IMG/VR virus record: IMGVR_UViG_3300013280_000002
Coordinates: 1 to 58,585 of that record
From: a virus
Length of the DNA: 58,585 nt
Reading direction: 5' to 3' (one strand)
Made by a program: the position numbers and the translations under genes. Position 1 is the first letter of the stretch. Each line of letters starts with the position of its first letter. Below, in pieces: positions 32,256 through 40,908 of the stretch. The notes beneath the pieces are model-generated. The model was not told the origin of the DNA. It made no database searches and worked only from the letters and a program-made list of their open reading frames with translations.

Positions 32256-33194
32256 ATGAACATCTTTATGGCGGCAGTCTATACGAACGGATACATGGAA
32301 GGTCAGGCGCGCCATGCCAAGCTGACAGAGCACGAGCAGAATCTTGTCCAAGCGGTTCCGCATGTATTGGAGTCGTTTCACTATGTATCAAAACAGCGTT
32401 ATGTCGATGATATGCGGCGTGACGGTGCCCAAGTGTTCCTGGACTCGGGAGCGTTCTCTGCCTACACGCTGGGCGTCGAAATTAGCGTCGCGGAGTATTG
32501 CGACTATATCACCCGCAACAGAGACATCATTCGCGTCGAAGATGGTGTCGTGATGGCGTCTGTGCTGGACGGCATCGGTGACCCTTTGCAAACATGGCGC
32601 AATCAGCTCGAGATGGAGCAGCGCGGCGCCAAGCCCCTTCCCTGCTTCCACGCTGGAGAGGACGAGCGTTATCTGGAATGGTATGTTGCGAACTACGAAT
32701 ACATCACGCTAGGCGGCATGGTGGGCTCTAGCACTCAGCAGCTCTGCATCTGGCTGGACAGGATATGGGATCGCTACCTCACCGACGGTAGCGGCAATCC
32801 GAAGATCAAGGTGCATGGCTTCGGTATCACAGCCGTTCCAATCATGGAGCGCTATCCGTGGTATTCCTGTGACTCGTCCTCCTGGATTCAGTCCGCTGCA
32901 TTCGGCAGCATTATCGCCCCAGGCTACAGCCGGAGCACGATGGCACTTCCGATGAGCGTGTCGGAGAAGTCCCCCAGCAGGCACGACGCTGGGCAGCACG
33001 TGACCACACTGACACCCATCGAGCAAGACTACGTTCTGCAGATGCTCGAGAAGCACGGTTTCACGCTTGAGCGCCTTTCCACCGTGTATGAGTCACGCGC
33101 CGCCTACAATCTGTGGGCGTTCGGTGTGATCAACACAATGATCAACGCTGCACACTCGAACACGTTCCGGGCGCGCATCCAGGAGCTCTTCTAA
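32256..33194 (+). CDS. dpdA: DpdA-type DNA guanine transglycosylase (TGT superfamily)
   Basis: VFLDSGAFS, ITLGGMVG and YSCDSSSW motifs. GGAGG RBS for ATG 32256. Confidence 0.8.
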   Translation: MNIFMAAVYTNGYMEGQARHAKLTEHEQNLVQAVPHVLESFHYVSKQRYVDDMRRDGAQVFLDSGAFSAYTLGVEISVAEYCDYITRNRDIIRVEDGVVMASVLDGIGDPLQTWRNQLEMEQRGAKPLPCFHAGEDERYLEWYVANYEYITLGGMVGSSTQQLCIWLDRIWDRYLTDGSGNPKIKVHGFGITAVPIMERYPWYSCDSSSWIQSAAFGSIIAPGYSRSTMALPMSVSEKSPSRHDAGQHVTTLTPIEQDYVLQMLEKHGFTLERLSTVYESRAAYNLWAFGVINTMINAAHSNTFRARIQELF

Positions 33195-34147
33195 TGCTTA
33201 AAGAACTCAAGTTCGTGCAGGGCGCAGTGGCTAAGAAAGACCTCCTGCCCGCCATGACACACTTCGCTATCGAAGGCGGGCATGTGCGCTCGTATAACGG
33301 GACGCTGGCGCTGTCCAGCCCCATCCCCTTTGACATTGACTGCAAGCCCAAGGCGGGCCCGCTGGTGCAGGCGATCGCGAACTGCAACGACACAGTGACG
33401 CTGAGCATGACCCCAGCGGGCAAGCTGCGCATTCAGAGCGGTAAGTTCCGGGCGTTCGTGGATTGCATCGATGGTGAAACGCCTCACGTTATGCCTGAAG
33501 GCGCTCACGTGGATCTTGACGGTGAGCAGCTTCTGACGGCGTGCAAGACGCTTGCACCGTTCGTCGGCAACGATGCGTCACGCCCTTGGACGAACGGCAT
33601 CTTGCTCCGGGGTCAGTCCGCGTTCGCCACGAATAACGTGTGCCTGGTGGAATACTGGATCGGGTCGCAGACACCCTTCACCGCCAACATCCCTATGGCG
33701 GCAATCAAGGAGATGATCCGTATTAACGAAGCGCCCACGCACGCACAACGCACTGACAACAGCATCACATTCCATTACACCGACGGGCGTTGGATCCGGA
33801 GCCAGCTATATAGCACCGACTGGCCCGACCTTTCGAAAGTGCTTGACAGGCAGAGCCACCCGAGTGATATGGACTCCCGCCTGTTCGAAGGGCTGGAAGT
33901 GATTAAACCTTTCGCCGACAAGCTGGGGCGCGCGTTCTTCCACGGTGAAGCAGTCAAGACCCATATCGACGAAGGAGAAGGGGCATCGTTCGACATGGTG
34001 GGCTTCCCGTTCGAAGGTGTGTATCAGATCGAGATGCTCAAACTGCTGAAGGACGTAGCACAGAAAATCGACTTCAGCACGTATCCGAATCCCTGCTTGT
34101 TCTACGGTGACAGGCTCAGGGGTGCAATCGTAGGCATGCGCCTGTAA
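33194..34147 (+). CDS. DNA polymerase sliding clamp (beta/DnaN-like)
   Basis: 317 aa. N-terminus MLKELKFVQGAV...LLPAMTHFAIE. C-terminal ...AIVGMRL resembles the DnaN ...MPMRL end. Confidence 0.6.
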   Translation: MLKELKFVQGAVAKKDLLPAMTHFAIEGGHVRSYNGTLALSSPIPFDIDCKPKAGPLVQAIANCNDTVTLSMTPAGKLRIQSGKFRAFVDCIDGETPHVMPEGAHVDLDGEQLLTACKTLAPFVGNDASRPWTNGILLRGQSAFATNNVCLVEYWIGSQTPFTANIPMAAIKEMIRINEAPTHAQRTDNSITFHYTDGRWIRSQLYSTDWPDLSKVLDRQSHPSDMDSRLFEGLEVIKPFADKLGRAFFHGEAVKTHIDEGEGASFDMVGFPFEGVYQIEMLKLLKDVAQKIDFSTYPNPCLFYGDRLRGAIVGMRL

Positions 34148-34197
34148 CATGTAACCAGCGCCACGGCCCGCTTAATGGCCTTAGATGAGGATAGAAG

Positions 34198-36375
34198 ATG
34201 AGGGCTGACGCTCTAGGACTGTTCTGGGAGGATCGACCTCCACCTCCCAAAGAGAAGGCCGAGAAGGCGAAACGCACACCGCCAGACCCCGTGTGGTTAC
34301 GCCCAGACTACCTGCCCGGGCTAGAAGAAGCTCTGCGCTTCCCCATGCTTGTGATGAACGACGCGGAGGTGCTTCACGCGGCAATGACCGGCGATAGGCT
34401 GCTGTTTGACATCGAGTGTTATGAGAACTATTTCATCGCCTCGTTCCGCTCACTCGCCACAGGCAAAGCAGTGTTCTTCGAGATGTATGATGGGCACCCG
34501 CTGGACGTCGGGAGACTGCGCTGGGTACTGGAGAACACCACGACTGTCGGGTTCAACTCTCTGTCTTACGACTTACCGATCACATTCCTTGCACTTGCGG
34601 GCAAGCCGACCGCATTGCTGAAGCATGCAACGAACCAGATCATTCTGGAAGGTTGGCGCGGTTCCGAAGTGTTGAAGCAGTACAAGGTGAAGGGCGTTAA
34701 GATTGACCACATTGACCTGATCGAGGTCGCGCCGCTTCGCGCCAGCCTGAAGATCTATGGCGGTCGCTTGCACGTTCCACGGATGCAGGACTTGCCCTTC
34801 CACCCTGACACCATACTCAGCCCTGAGCAGATCGCTTGCGTGCGCTGGTACAACATCAACAGTGACCTTTCCGCCACCGCGTTCCTTCACGAGTGCTTGC
34901 GAGATCACTTGGATCTTCGCACTACGCTATCGAATGAAACAGGCATCGACCTTCGCAGCAAGTCCGACGCACAGATTGCAGAGTCTGTTATTGCGGAGGA
35001 GATGACCCGCCGCATGGGCGGGCGCCCTGAAAAACCCGTGATTGAGGTGGGCACCGCTTACCGATACAAGGTGCCCCACTTCATTCGTTACCAGTCGCAG
35101 CTGATGAACTGGGCATTGGGCGTCGTTGCCAATTCAAATTTCCTTGTTGATGAGACTGGTTCCATTGGCATGCCCGAAGAGATTAAGGCGCTCCAGCTTG
35201 ATATCAATGGCAGCGTGTATCGAATGGGCATTGGTGGTCTGCACAGTAGCGAAAGCACGGCAGCGCACCACAGCGACGAGAATTACATCCTGATCGACAA
35301 GGACGTGACGTCGTACTATCCGTTCATCATCTTAAACCTTGGCTTGTACCCGCATCACCTCGGCCCGACGTTCCTTCACGTGTATAAGAACATCGTGGAT
35401 CGACGTATTGCAGCCAAGGAACGGGGTGACAAGGTAACAGCCGACTCACTCAAGATTACGATCAACGGGTCGTTCGGTAAGCTGGGCAGCAAGTATTCGA
35501 TCCTCTACTCCCCTGACCTGCTGATCCAGGTGACAGTGACCGGCCAGCTAAGCCTACTGATGCTGATCGAGCGCCTGGAGCTGGCTGGAATCCATGTGGT
35601 CAGCGCGAACACTGACGGCATCGTAATCAAGTGCCCGCGCAAGGGGCAGCACGTCATGGACCAGATCATCGCTCAGTGGGAGCAGGACACAGGGTTCCAG
35701 ACCGAGGGCACCATCTACAAGACGCTCTATTCGCGTGACGTGAATAACTACATCGCAGTCAAGGAAGACGGCTCTACGAAGTGCAAGGGTGCCTATGCTA
35801 ACCCGTGGGCCAGCAAGAAGAACATGGCGGAGCGCTTGCACAAGAACCCGACGAATACGATCTGCGTCGAAGCTGTGGAGGCGCTGCTGACGAAGAACGT
35901 ACCGATCATGACCACAGTGCGCGGGTGCAAGGACATCACGAAGTTCGTGTCTGTGCGCAGCGTGAAGGGTGGCGCGGTCAAGGTGTGGGATCGCATTCCG
36001 CCTCCCGCGCACAGTTCGCAGGAGGAGCTTCTGAGGATGGCGGGGTTCGTACCGTTCTCGAAAGATAGCTGGGTCAGGGAAGGTGACACAATCGGGCGCG
36101 CTGCAATGAACACCGAACGCGCGTACAAGGCGGCCTGGGACGAGTTGTCCAAGCCTGGCCTGACCGAGTACCTGGGCAAGTCGATCCGCTGGTACTACGC
36201 CGTCGGGGTACAGGGTGAGATCGTCTATGCAACGAACGGGAACAAGGTGCCCCGCTCGGAAGGCGCTAAGCCCATGATGGATTTGCCGGACGAGTTCCCT
36301 GCCGACGTCGATTTCGAGTGGTATGAACAGGAGTGCGAGAAGATCCTGAAGGCCATTGGGTATCAGGTTGATTAG
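34198..36375 (+). CDS. DNA polymerase (B-family-like) with 3'-5' exonuclease
   Basis: Exonuclease motifs FDIECYENY and NSLSYDLP. Polymerase motifs KITINGSFGKLG and SANTDGIVI. Confidence 0.85.
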   Translation: MRADALGLFWEDRPPPPKEKAEKAKRTPPDPVWLRPDYLPGLEEALRFPMLVMNDAEVLHAAMTGDRLLFDIECYENYFIASFRSLATGKAVFFEMYDGHPLDVGRLRWVLENTTTVGFNSLSYDLPITFLALAGKPTALLKHATNQIILEGWRGSEVLKQYKVKGVKIDHIDLIEVAPLRASLKIYGGRLHVPRMQDLPFHPDTILSPEQIACVRWYNINSDLSATAFLHECLRDHLDLRTTLSNETGIDLRSKSDAQIAESVIAEEMTRRMGGRPEKPVIEVGTAYRYKVPHFIRYQSQLMNWALGVVANSNFLVDETGSIGMPEEIKALQLDINGSVYRMGIGGLHSSESTAAHHSDENYILIDKDVTSYYPFIILNLGLYPHHLGPTFLHVYKNIVDRRIAAKERGDKVTADSLKITINGSFGKLGSKYSILYSPDLLIQVTVTGQLSLLMLIERLELAGIHVVSANTDGIVIKCPRKGQHVMDQIIAQWEQDTGFQTEGTIYKTLYSRDVNNYIAVKEDGSTKCKGAYANPWASKKNMAERLHKNPTNTICVEAVEALLTKNVPIMTTVRGCKDITKFVSVRSVKGGAVKVWDRIPPPAHSSQEELLRMAGFVPFSKDSWVREGDTIGRAAMNTERAYKAAWDELSKPGLTEYLGKSIRWYYAVGVQGEIVYATNGNKVPRSEGAKPMMDLPDEFPADVDFEWYEQECEKILKAIGYQVD

Positions 36376-36384
36376 GAGGTCGGC

Positions 36385-36413
36385 TTGCATCTGCTCAAGA
36401 AGTGTCCTACAGT
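36385..36413 (+). promoter_or_regulatory. sigma70-like promoter TTGCAT-17-TACAGT
   Basis: Lies downstream of the pol stop and is followed by a ~160-nt leader containing the 9-bp inverted repeat GGCCGCGCT/AGCGCGGCC. Confidence 0.45.
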
Positions 36414-36576
36414 TGCATCACTTCGACACGAAGAATGCAGGCGCTTATCTCGAGCTGTTTTGGCCGCGCTACGCTGCGCAGTGTGGTGGCCAATGCAACC
36501 ATGCAGGCCACTAGCCGATCGCGGCCTGTACCCACGAAAGCGCGGCCCACAGTTTAGTTCAACACGGAGAAAAACA

Positions 36577-36783
36577 ATGCAGAAAGCCAACACCCCGTTT
36601 CGCACGCTCGCTATCCTCGTCGTGATCGTGCTTCTGGTAGGAATCGTCGGAAAAATGGATTACGAAGACGAGCTCCTCGAACTCGACATGTACTGCCAGA
36701 ACGTGCATACTGGCGTCTGGCCCGACTACGAGGGCAGCTATAAGGAGCAATGCCATGAAGGTCATCGCAAGACTGATCGTTAG
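36577..36783 (+). CDS. small N-terminally anchored membrane protein (68 aa)
   Basis: ATG 36577 with a GGAGA RBS. TM helix LAILVVIVLLVGIVG. Confidence 0.5.
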   Translation: MQKANTPFRTLAILVVIVLLVGIVGKMDYEDELLELDMYCQNVHTGVWPDYEGSYKEQCHEGHRKTDR

Positions 36784-37120
36784 CGCGACGCTCGCGCTTG
36801 CTGGTGCTGCGCACGCCTGCGACAGGCAATGCACGGCGGCCTGGTTCAACAGCGACCCGAAGACCCGCATCAGCGGGACTGGGCCAATCCTGTCTGCTTA
36901 CGGCGAAGAAGGGAATGCAGGCATGGAAGCGGTGTCGCGCTGCAAGATGGACGTCGCTGTGGTCATGCAGGGCAAGCCCGCCTATCAGCAGTTCATCAAA
37001 CAGTGCTATCGTCTGTATCCTGCGCGAGTACGGGATCAGATGTATCATGTCGATTATCGGTACGTTCCAACGGATCGAGTTGATGTGTATATTCATATCG
37101 ACAATAAAAAGCCCCGCTGA
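36755..37120 (+). CDS. secreted Cys-containing protein
   Basis: Signal peptide MKVIARLIVSATLALAGAAHA. AAGGAG RBS. Confidence 0.6.
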   Translation: MKVIARLIVSATLALAGAAHACDRQCTAAWFNSDPKTRISGTGPILSAYGEEGNAGMEAVSRCKMDVAVVMQGKPAYQQFIKQCYRLYPARVRDQMYHVDYRYVPTDRVDVYIHIDNKKPR

Positions 37121-37134
37121 GCGGGGCTTCGTTT
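37106..37134. terminator. bidirectional intrinsic terminator between the convergent blocks
   Basis: AAAAA-GCCCCGC-tga-GCGGGGC-TTCGTTT lies between the stops at 37120 (+) and 37133 (-). Confidence 0.8.
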
Positions 37135-37489
37135 AGATGGCGATCCCTACGGACCAGCCCGCCGCCTTGTAGGCGCTGAGCTTTTCTTCGTCCTCTATGT
37201 AGGCTACCCAGCCAATTCGCGGCGTGCCGAATACCCAGGCAGAACCCGACCAGATTGCCACCTTGCTCGCTTGCCCTGCCCATGCACCAGTAGGCGAGGC
37301 TGCGACGATATACGTGTCACCCGCTGCCGGACTGCCCGGAGGGGTCGCAAGATCGCGATCCTTGACGGACAGATGCACGCCGAAGCGCCCCAGCCACAGA
37401 AGGTTCGAGTCCATACCAGTGTTCCAGCCATTCTCACCAAGAGTCCAGCCGTAGTTCATACCGCTTCGCGGTTCAGTAGATGCTGCCAT
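37133..37489 (-). CDS. DUF2793-like tail-tip accessory protein
   Basis: GWNTGMDSNL...PPGSPAAGDTYIV...TGAWAG...IAIWSGSAWVF matches the DUF2793/GTA-associated pattern. Confidence 0.6.
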   Translation of the reverse strand: MAASTEPRSGMNYGWTLGENGWNTGMDSNLLWLGRFGVHLSVKDRDLATPPGSPAAGDTYIVAASPTGAWAGQASKVAIWSGSAWVFGTPRIGWVAYIEDEEKLSAYKAAGWSVGIAI

Positions 37490-39669
37490 TATGCGCCTCC
37501 ATAAGAGTAACCATATCCGGCACCATAACCGGACCGAGTAAATTCCCAATCATGCATCTGAAGGCTTTGAATACCATCCCGCACAGCCCACAGTTGAATT
37601 CTCAGCCTGCCATAATTGGACCCCATCTCTGCAAGCGTGAAGGTATCGGTGACCACACCAGTCAGCCCCGCATGCGTCACCAGTACCGAGCCCGCAGCGG
37701 TCAGCAGACGGCAAGTGTAAGTCGTGTTCGCTTCAGGGCCAATGCTTGCTGCTTCCGTATCCACGAGCGTCGCGGTCTGCTGCAAGCGGTCCCGATGCGC
37801 CCATGCCACAGTGATATCCTGATCCCCGCGCACGGTGTCGGGGTATGCCTGTGTGTTGATACGGAGCCCCTGTGGCGGGTAAGGCTTGGACGAGCGCGCT
37901 TGGATTGTGACCGTTTGCTCTGGTGCGGAGCCAACGGCCAGCGTACCCTTAGATGTAGTCGGCAGAATCTTGATCCTCGCTGTCTCGCCTTGAGCGTATT
38001 CCACAGAATCGGTTTCAAAATACACGTCAGGGAAGAACACTCGCGCGCCCAGCGCATGCGCCACAGGCACGGAATCAAGCACCCCGCGCCCCACAGTCAT
38101 TGACGAGCTACTGATCGCGGTAACGACGACAAGCTCATTGTCGATGATTGCATAGGTGTTGAGCCTCACGATGTCCAGGTCAATGCCCCCGCTGATCGGG
38201 ATTACTGTCTGGTTTGGCGTAATAGCCAGGGCAAGAACTGCTGTCGGGCAGAAATCTACCGTTCCCGCTTCCTCGTAGGCTGTGTTCGTCGGGTTCGTGT
38301 AGAGCTTAGCGTTGCCCGCGTCACTGGTAGGCCGCACGCCTGTGGCCACAACGAAGCCCGATGTCGTCGGGATGTCACGTGCGGCAGTCTCGCCCATGCG
38401 CTGGCACAGTTCCCAGAATGGCGCTTCGATGGCGCAATGATACGGGCAGGGCGTTGGATCGTTGTTCGGGTCAGTCCAGCCACTAGGGGGCGGAGGTGCA
38501 TAGATAGCGCTCGACAGTGCGAACACGTCCTCCACTGCACTGATCTTGACGACGTTGCTGTCCAGTGCGCCCAGCTCTACGTTCGCCACCCGCATGACAA
38601 GCTGGCTGATCCCGTATCGAGGCCAGCTGAGCACAAAGACGTCACCGATGTTCAGCGATGCCGCTTTGCGGTTGGCGTAGATGGTTCCGCTTGCCAGCGG
38701 GACTGACAGTGCCTTCAATGACCGTGCTGCCACCTTCGTTGCAATGGTGCCATTCGTGAAGCCTGGGAACTGTTGCGTTGTACTCACGACGGACTGCTGC
38801 TGCGCTGCAAGCGCGATGTCCTGCACCGTGACGGAGTTGTTCTTACCTGTGCTGGCGTCCCAATAGACAACAGTCACCGAGTTGATCAGCTCTCCTATGG
38901 TGTTGCGCTTGAAGTCCGAAATCTTATCAACGGAGGACTCGTCCAGCACCAGCAACGAATTCACATCGTACCCGCCGCGCGCGAGCTTCAGAACGAACTT
39001 GCCTGAGGTGCGATCCACGAACAAGGAACCGTCGATGTGCTTCAGCACTTCCCGAATGAATTCCTCAAGCGTTACGGAGCGATCCCACAAGAGCGACATG
39101 CCCATGCCTTCGCTATACATCTGATCAGCAGCAGCCTGAAACGTAGTGTCATCTACATCCGCTTCAGGGTAGCCCATGCCCCAATCAGGGTCAGTGAGGC
39201 ACTCGCGAATGATATGCGCTGGGTTCATGTCTTGGCCGATCGCTGCCTTCGCGATGTACCATTGAGCGATTCCGTTCTGCCTCAGCAAGATGCGCTGGCC
39301 CCAGAACGATGGACGCTTCAGATATGGGTTCATGCCGAGATACACTTGGCGAAACACAGCGCTGACCACACCTCTGAAGCCAGGCACCATCGACCCAAGC
39401 TTGCTCACGAGGTAGCTGTTCGGCGTCTGCGTGTCGCTACCCATGTCAATATCGACCGTGCCCGATACACCGCCTTCACGTTCCTCACCGCCGAACAATG
39501 TGCCAGCACTGATAGTGATTGCGCCGCCTGTAGCGTTACCAGTCCAGGCAGTCTTTTCGTCGAACTCCACCTTGATAATCTTGTCGATCGGACCATGGCA
39601 GAATACCATGTGCATGCCGAGATAATACTTATATCCAACTGTCTGCGCTTTTTTGCTACTTCCGCCCAC
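37489..39669 (-). CDS. lambda J-like central tail fibre / host-specificity protein
   Basis: GTG 39669 with a GGAGG RBS gives MGGSSKKAQT..., similar to the lambda J N-terminus MGKGSSKG. NPAHIIRECLTDPDWGMGYP is also J-like. The ORF is open to TTG 39690. Confidence 0.8.
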   Translation of the reverse strand: MGGSSKKAQTVGYKYYLGMHMVFCHGPIDKIIKVEFDEKTAWTGNATGGAITISAGTLFGGEEREGGVSGTVDIDMGSDTQTPNSYLVSKLGSMVPGFRGVVSAVFRQVYLGMNPYLKRPSFWGQRILLRQNGIAQWYIAKAAIGQDMNPAHIIRECLTDPDWGMGYPEADVDDTTFQAAADQMYSEGMGMSLLWDRSVTLEEFIREVLKHIDGSLFVDRTSGKFVLKLARGGYDVNSLLVLDESSVDKISDFKRNTIGELINSVTVVYWDASTGKNNSVTVQDIALAAQQQSVVSTTQQFPGFTNGTIATKVAARSLKALSVPLASGTIYANRKAASLNIGDVFVLSWPRYGISQLVMRVANVELGALDSNVVKISAVEDVFALSSAIYAPPPPSGWTDPNNDPTPCPYHCAIEAPFWELCQRMGETAARDIPTTSGFVVATGVRPTSDAGNAKLYTNPTNTAYEEAGTVDFCPTAVLALAITPNQTVIPISGGIDLDIVRLNTYAIIDNELVVVTAISSSSMTVGRGVLDSVPVAHALGARVFFPDVYFETDSVEYAQGETARIKILPTTSKGTLAVGSAPEQTVTIQARSSKPYPPQGLRINTQAYPDTVRGDQDITVAWAHRDRLQQTATLVDTEAASIGPEANTTYTCRLLTAAGSVLVTHAGLTGVVTDTFTLAEMGSNYGRLRIQLWAVRDGIQSLQMHDWEFTRSGYGAGYGYSYGGA

Positions 39670-39859
39670 GAGCCACCTCCACTGCTGCAAGCGCCATTCC
39701 GTCGTTGCCAGTTGCTTCCAGCAGCTTGTCGGAATCGATGCCGTTGTTCAAGAAATCGGTATAGTCCAGGCCATACCGTGCGAACAGCTCTCGAACGCCC
39801 CGCGCGCAATAGCGCAGCTCGCGGCAGTGTTCCATGCGAACGATGACAGGGGTCGTCAC
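39656..39859 (-). CDS. hypothetical 67-aa protein between the I-like and J-like genes
   Basis: Overlaps both neighbouring genes (ATGA at its 5' end). Confidence 0.5.
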   Translation of the reverse strand: MTTPVIVRMEHCRELRYCARGVRELFARYGLDYTDFLNNGIDSDKLLEATGNDGMALAAVEVARGRK

Positions 39860-40089
39860 TTCTTGCCTCCCTTCTTCTTGACAGGGACGGTGCGAAGATC
39901 CCCATACCAGACGACGTTCGGGCCCTCCATCTTTCGCGTGCCGAACAGCACGGGAATCTCCCGGCCGACCTCCGCTGTAGGCGCTTGGATTTCATCCAGG
40001 CCAGCAGGGGGGCGGGTCTCGGGCTTGGGCATCATCGCATAGCTGACGACCAGCGCGACGATGAACACGATTGCATAGACCCATGCCAT
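39856..40089 (-). CDS. lambda I-like tail assembly protein (minimal, 77 aa)
   Basis: A TM helix followed by MPKPETRPP...IPVLFGTRKMEGPNVVW parallels the lambda gpI C-terminus (LAPKARTP...LPVLYGEMRVG). Confidence 0.6.
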   Translation of the reverse strand: MAWVYAIVFIVALVVSYAMMPKPETRPPAGLDEIQAPTAEVGREIPVLFGTRKMEGPNVVWYGDLRTVPVKKKGGKK

Positions 40090-40098
40090 ATCGGTCTC

Positions 40099-40908
40099 CT
40101 AAGCGATAGACGAACCGCCGTACGGATTCTTGGATGGAATCCACGGGAACCCGCCGAAGTTGTTCAGATTGTTGAATTTGTTCTTGCACGTTTCTTTCAG
40201 GTGATCGCATCCGGGGTAGATTGCAACACTCTGACCGCCCACAAGACTCGCCATGGGGCGCGCCATTGTAACGGTGTCCCCTGTGTGGGCGGTAAGGAAG
40301 CGCGAGCTGCCGTCTGGGGCGACGATCATGCCCCCTGTGTAGTACCCGTCGGGCTGCAATGCTGCGCCGGCTACAGTAACGACCAGCCCGCCCGCAATCG
40401 ACAGCACTGCGCCCTCGTGCTTGTAGAGCTCGCGATTGACGTTGCAGCCCTTCAGGTACAGCGTGCGCCTGCACCCGTATTCGAAGCGCGCACGCAAGCC
40501 CGGGCGCTTGATCGAGGCGAAGACGGACTCGCACTGAACCTCGATCTGGTTGCCACTTGTCTTCGCGCCTACGACACGACCCTTCCAATAGACGATGAAT
40601 TGATTGTCGGGGTCACCATAGTGGCCGCGATAGATCGTTACTGTGGTCACGTCTTCCGGTGCAAATGCGAGGTACTGAGAAGCGAACGCATCATCCCGCG
40701 GGAACACCAGCTTGATCGAGTCCTTGAATGTGTCCGTCGTCTGTTTTACGCTGTCACGCTTTACTGAAGACGGTTCAAACCGCTGAGCGGATTTAATGAT
40801 CTCCGTTGCGCCGCTTACAAAATTCCACCGCTTAAGACCCTGAACAAATTCATAGAGCTCAATCGGAGTTCCAGTTTCTAACGAATCTTCATAGGCGCCA
40901 TAAGTCAT
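40099..40908 (-). CDS. lambda L-like minor tail protein (DUF2163/BR0599-type)
   Basis: C-terminus CDHLKETCKNKFNNLNNFGGFPWIP parallels lambda L CSKCLSGCKFRNNVGNFGGF. Confidence 0.75.
   Translation of the reverse strand: MTYGAYEDSLETGTPIELYEFVQGLKRWNFVSGATEIIKSAQRFEPSSVKRDSVKQTTDTFKDSIKLVFPRDDAFASQYLAFAPEDVTTVTIYRGHYGDPDNQFIVYWKGRVVGAKTSGNQIEVQCESVFASIKRPGLRARFEYGCRRTLYLKGCNVNRELYKHEGAVLSIAGGLVVTVAGAALQPDGYYTGGMIVAPDGSSRFLTAHTGDTVTMARPMASLVGGQSVAIYPGCDHLKETCKNKFNNLNNFGGFPWIPSKNPYGGSSIA

Noticed and set aside
37489-40089. The host-specificity gene appeared to be split by an inserted 67-aa ORF. The 77-aa and 733-aa ORFs share a frame, with GGKK and GGSSKK on either side.
   Set aside because: The 77-aa product matches the C-terminal part of lambda gpI, and the large ORF, started at GTG 39669, begins MGGSSKK like lambda J (MGKGSSKG). 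Separate I-like and J-like genes are therefore the normal arrangement. Two in-frame stops also rule out an intein or readthrough.
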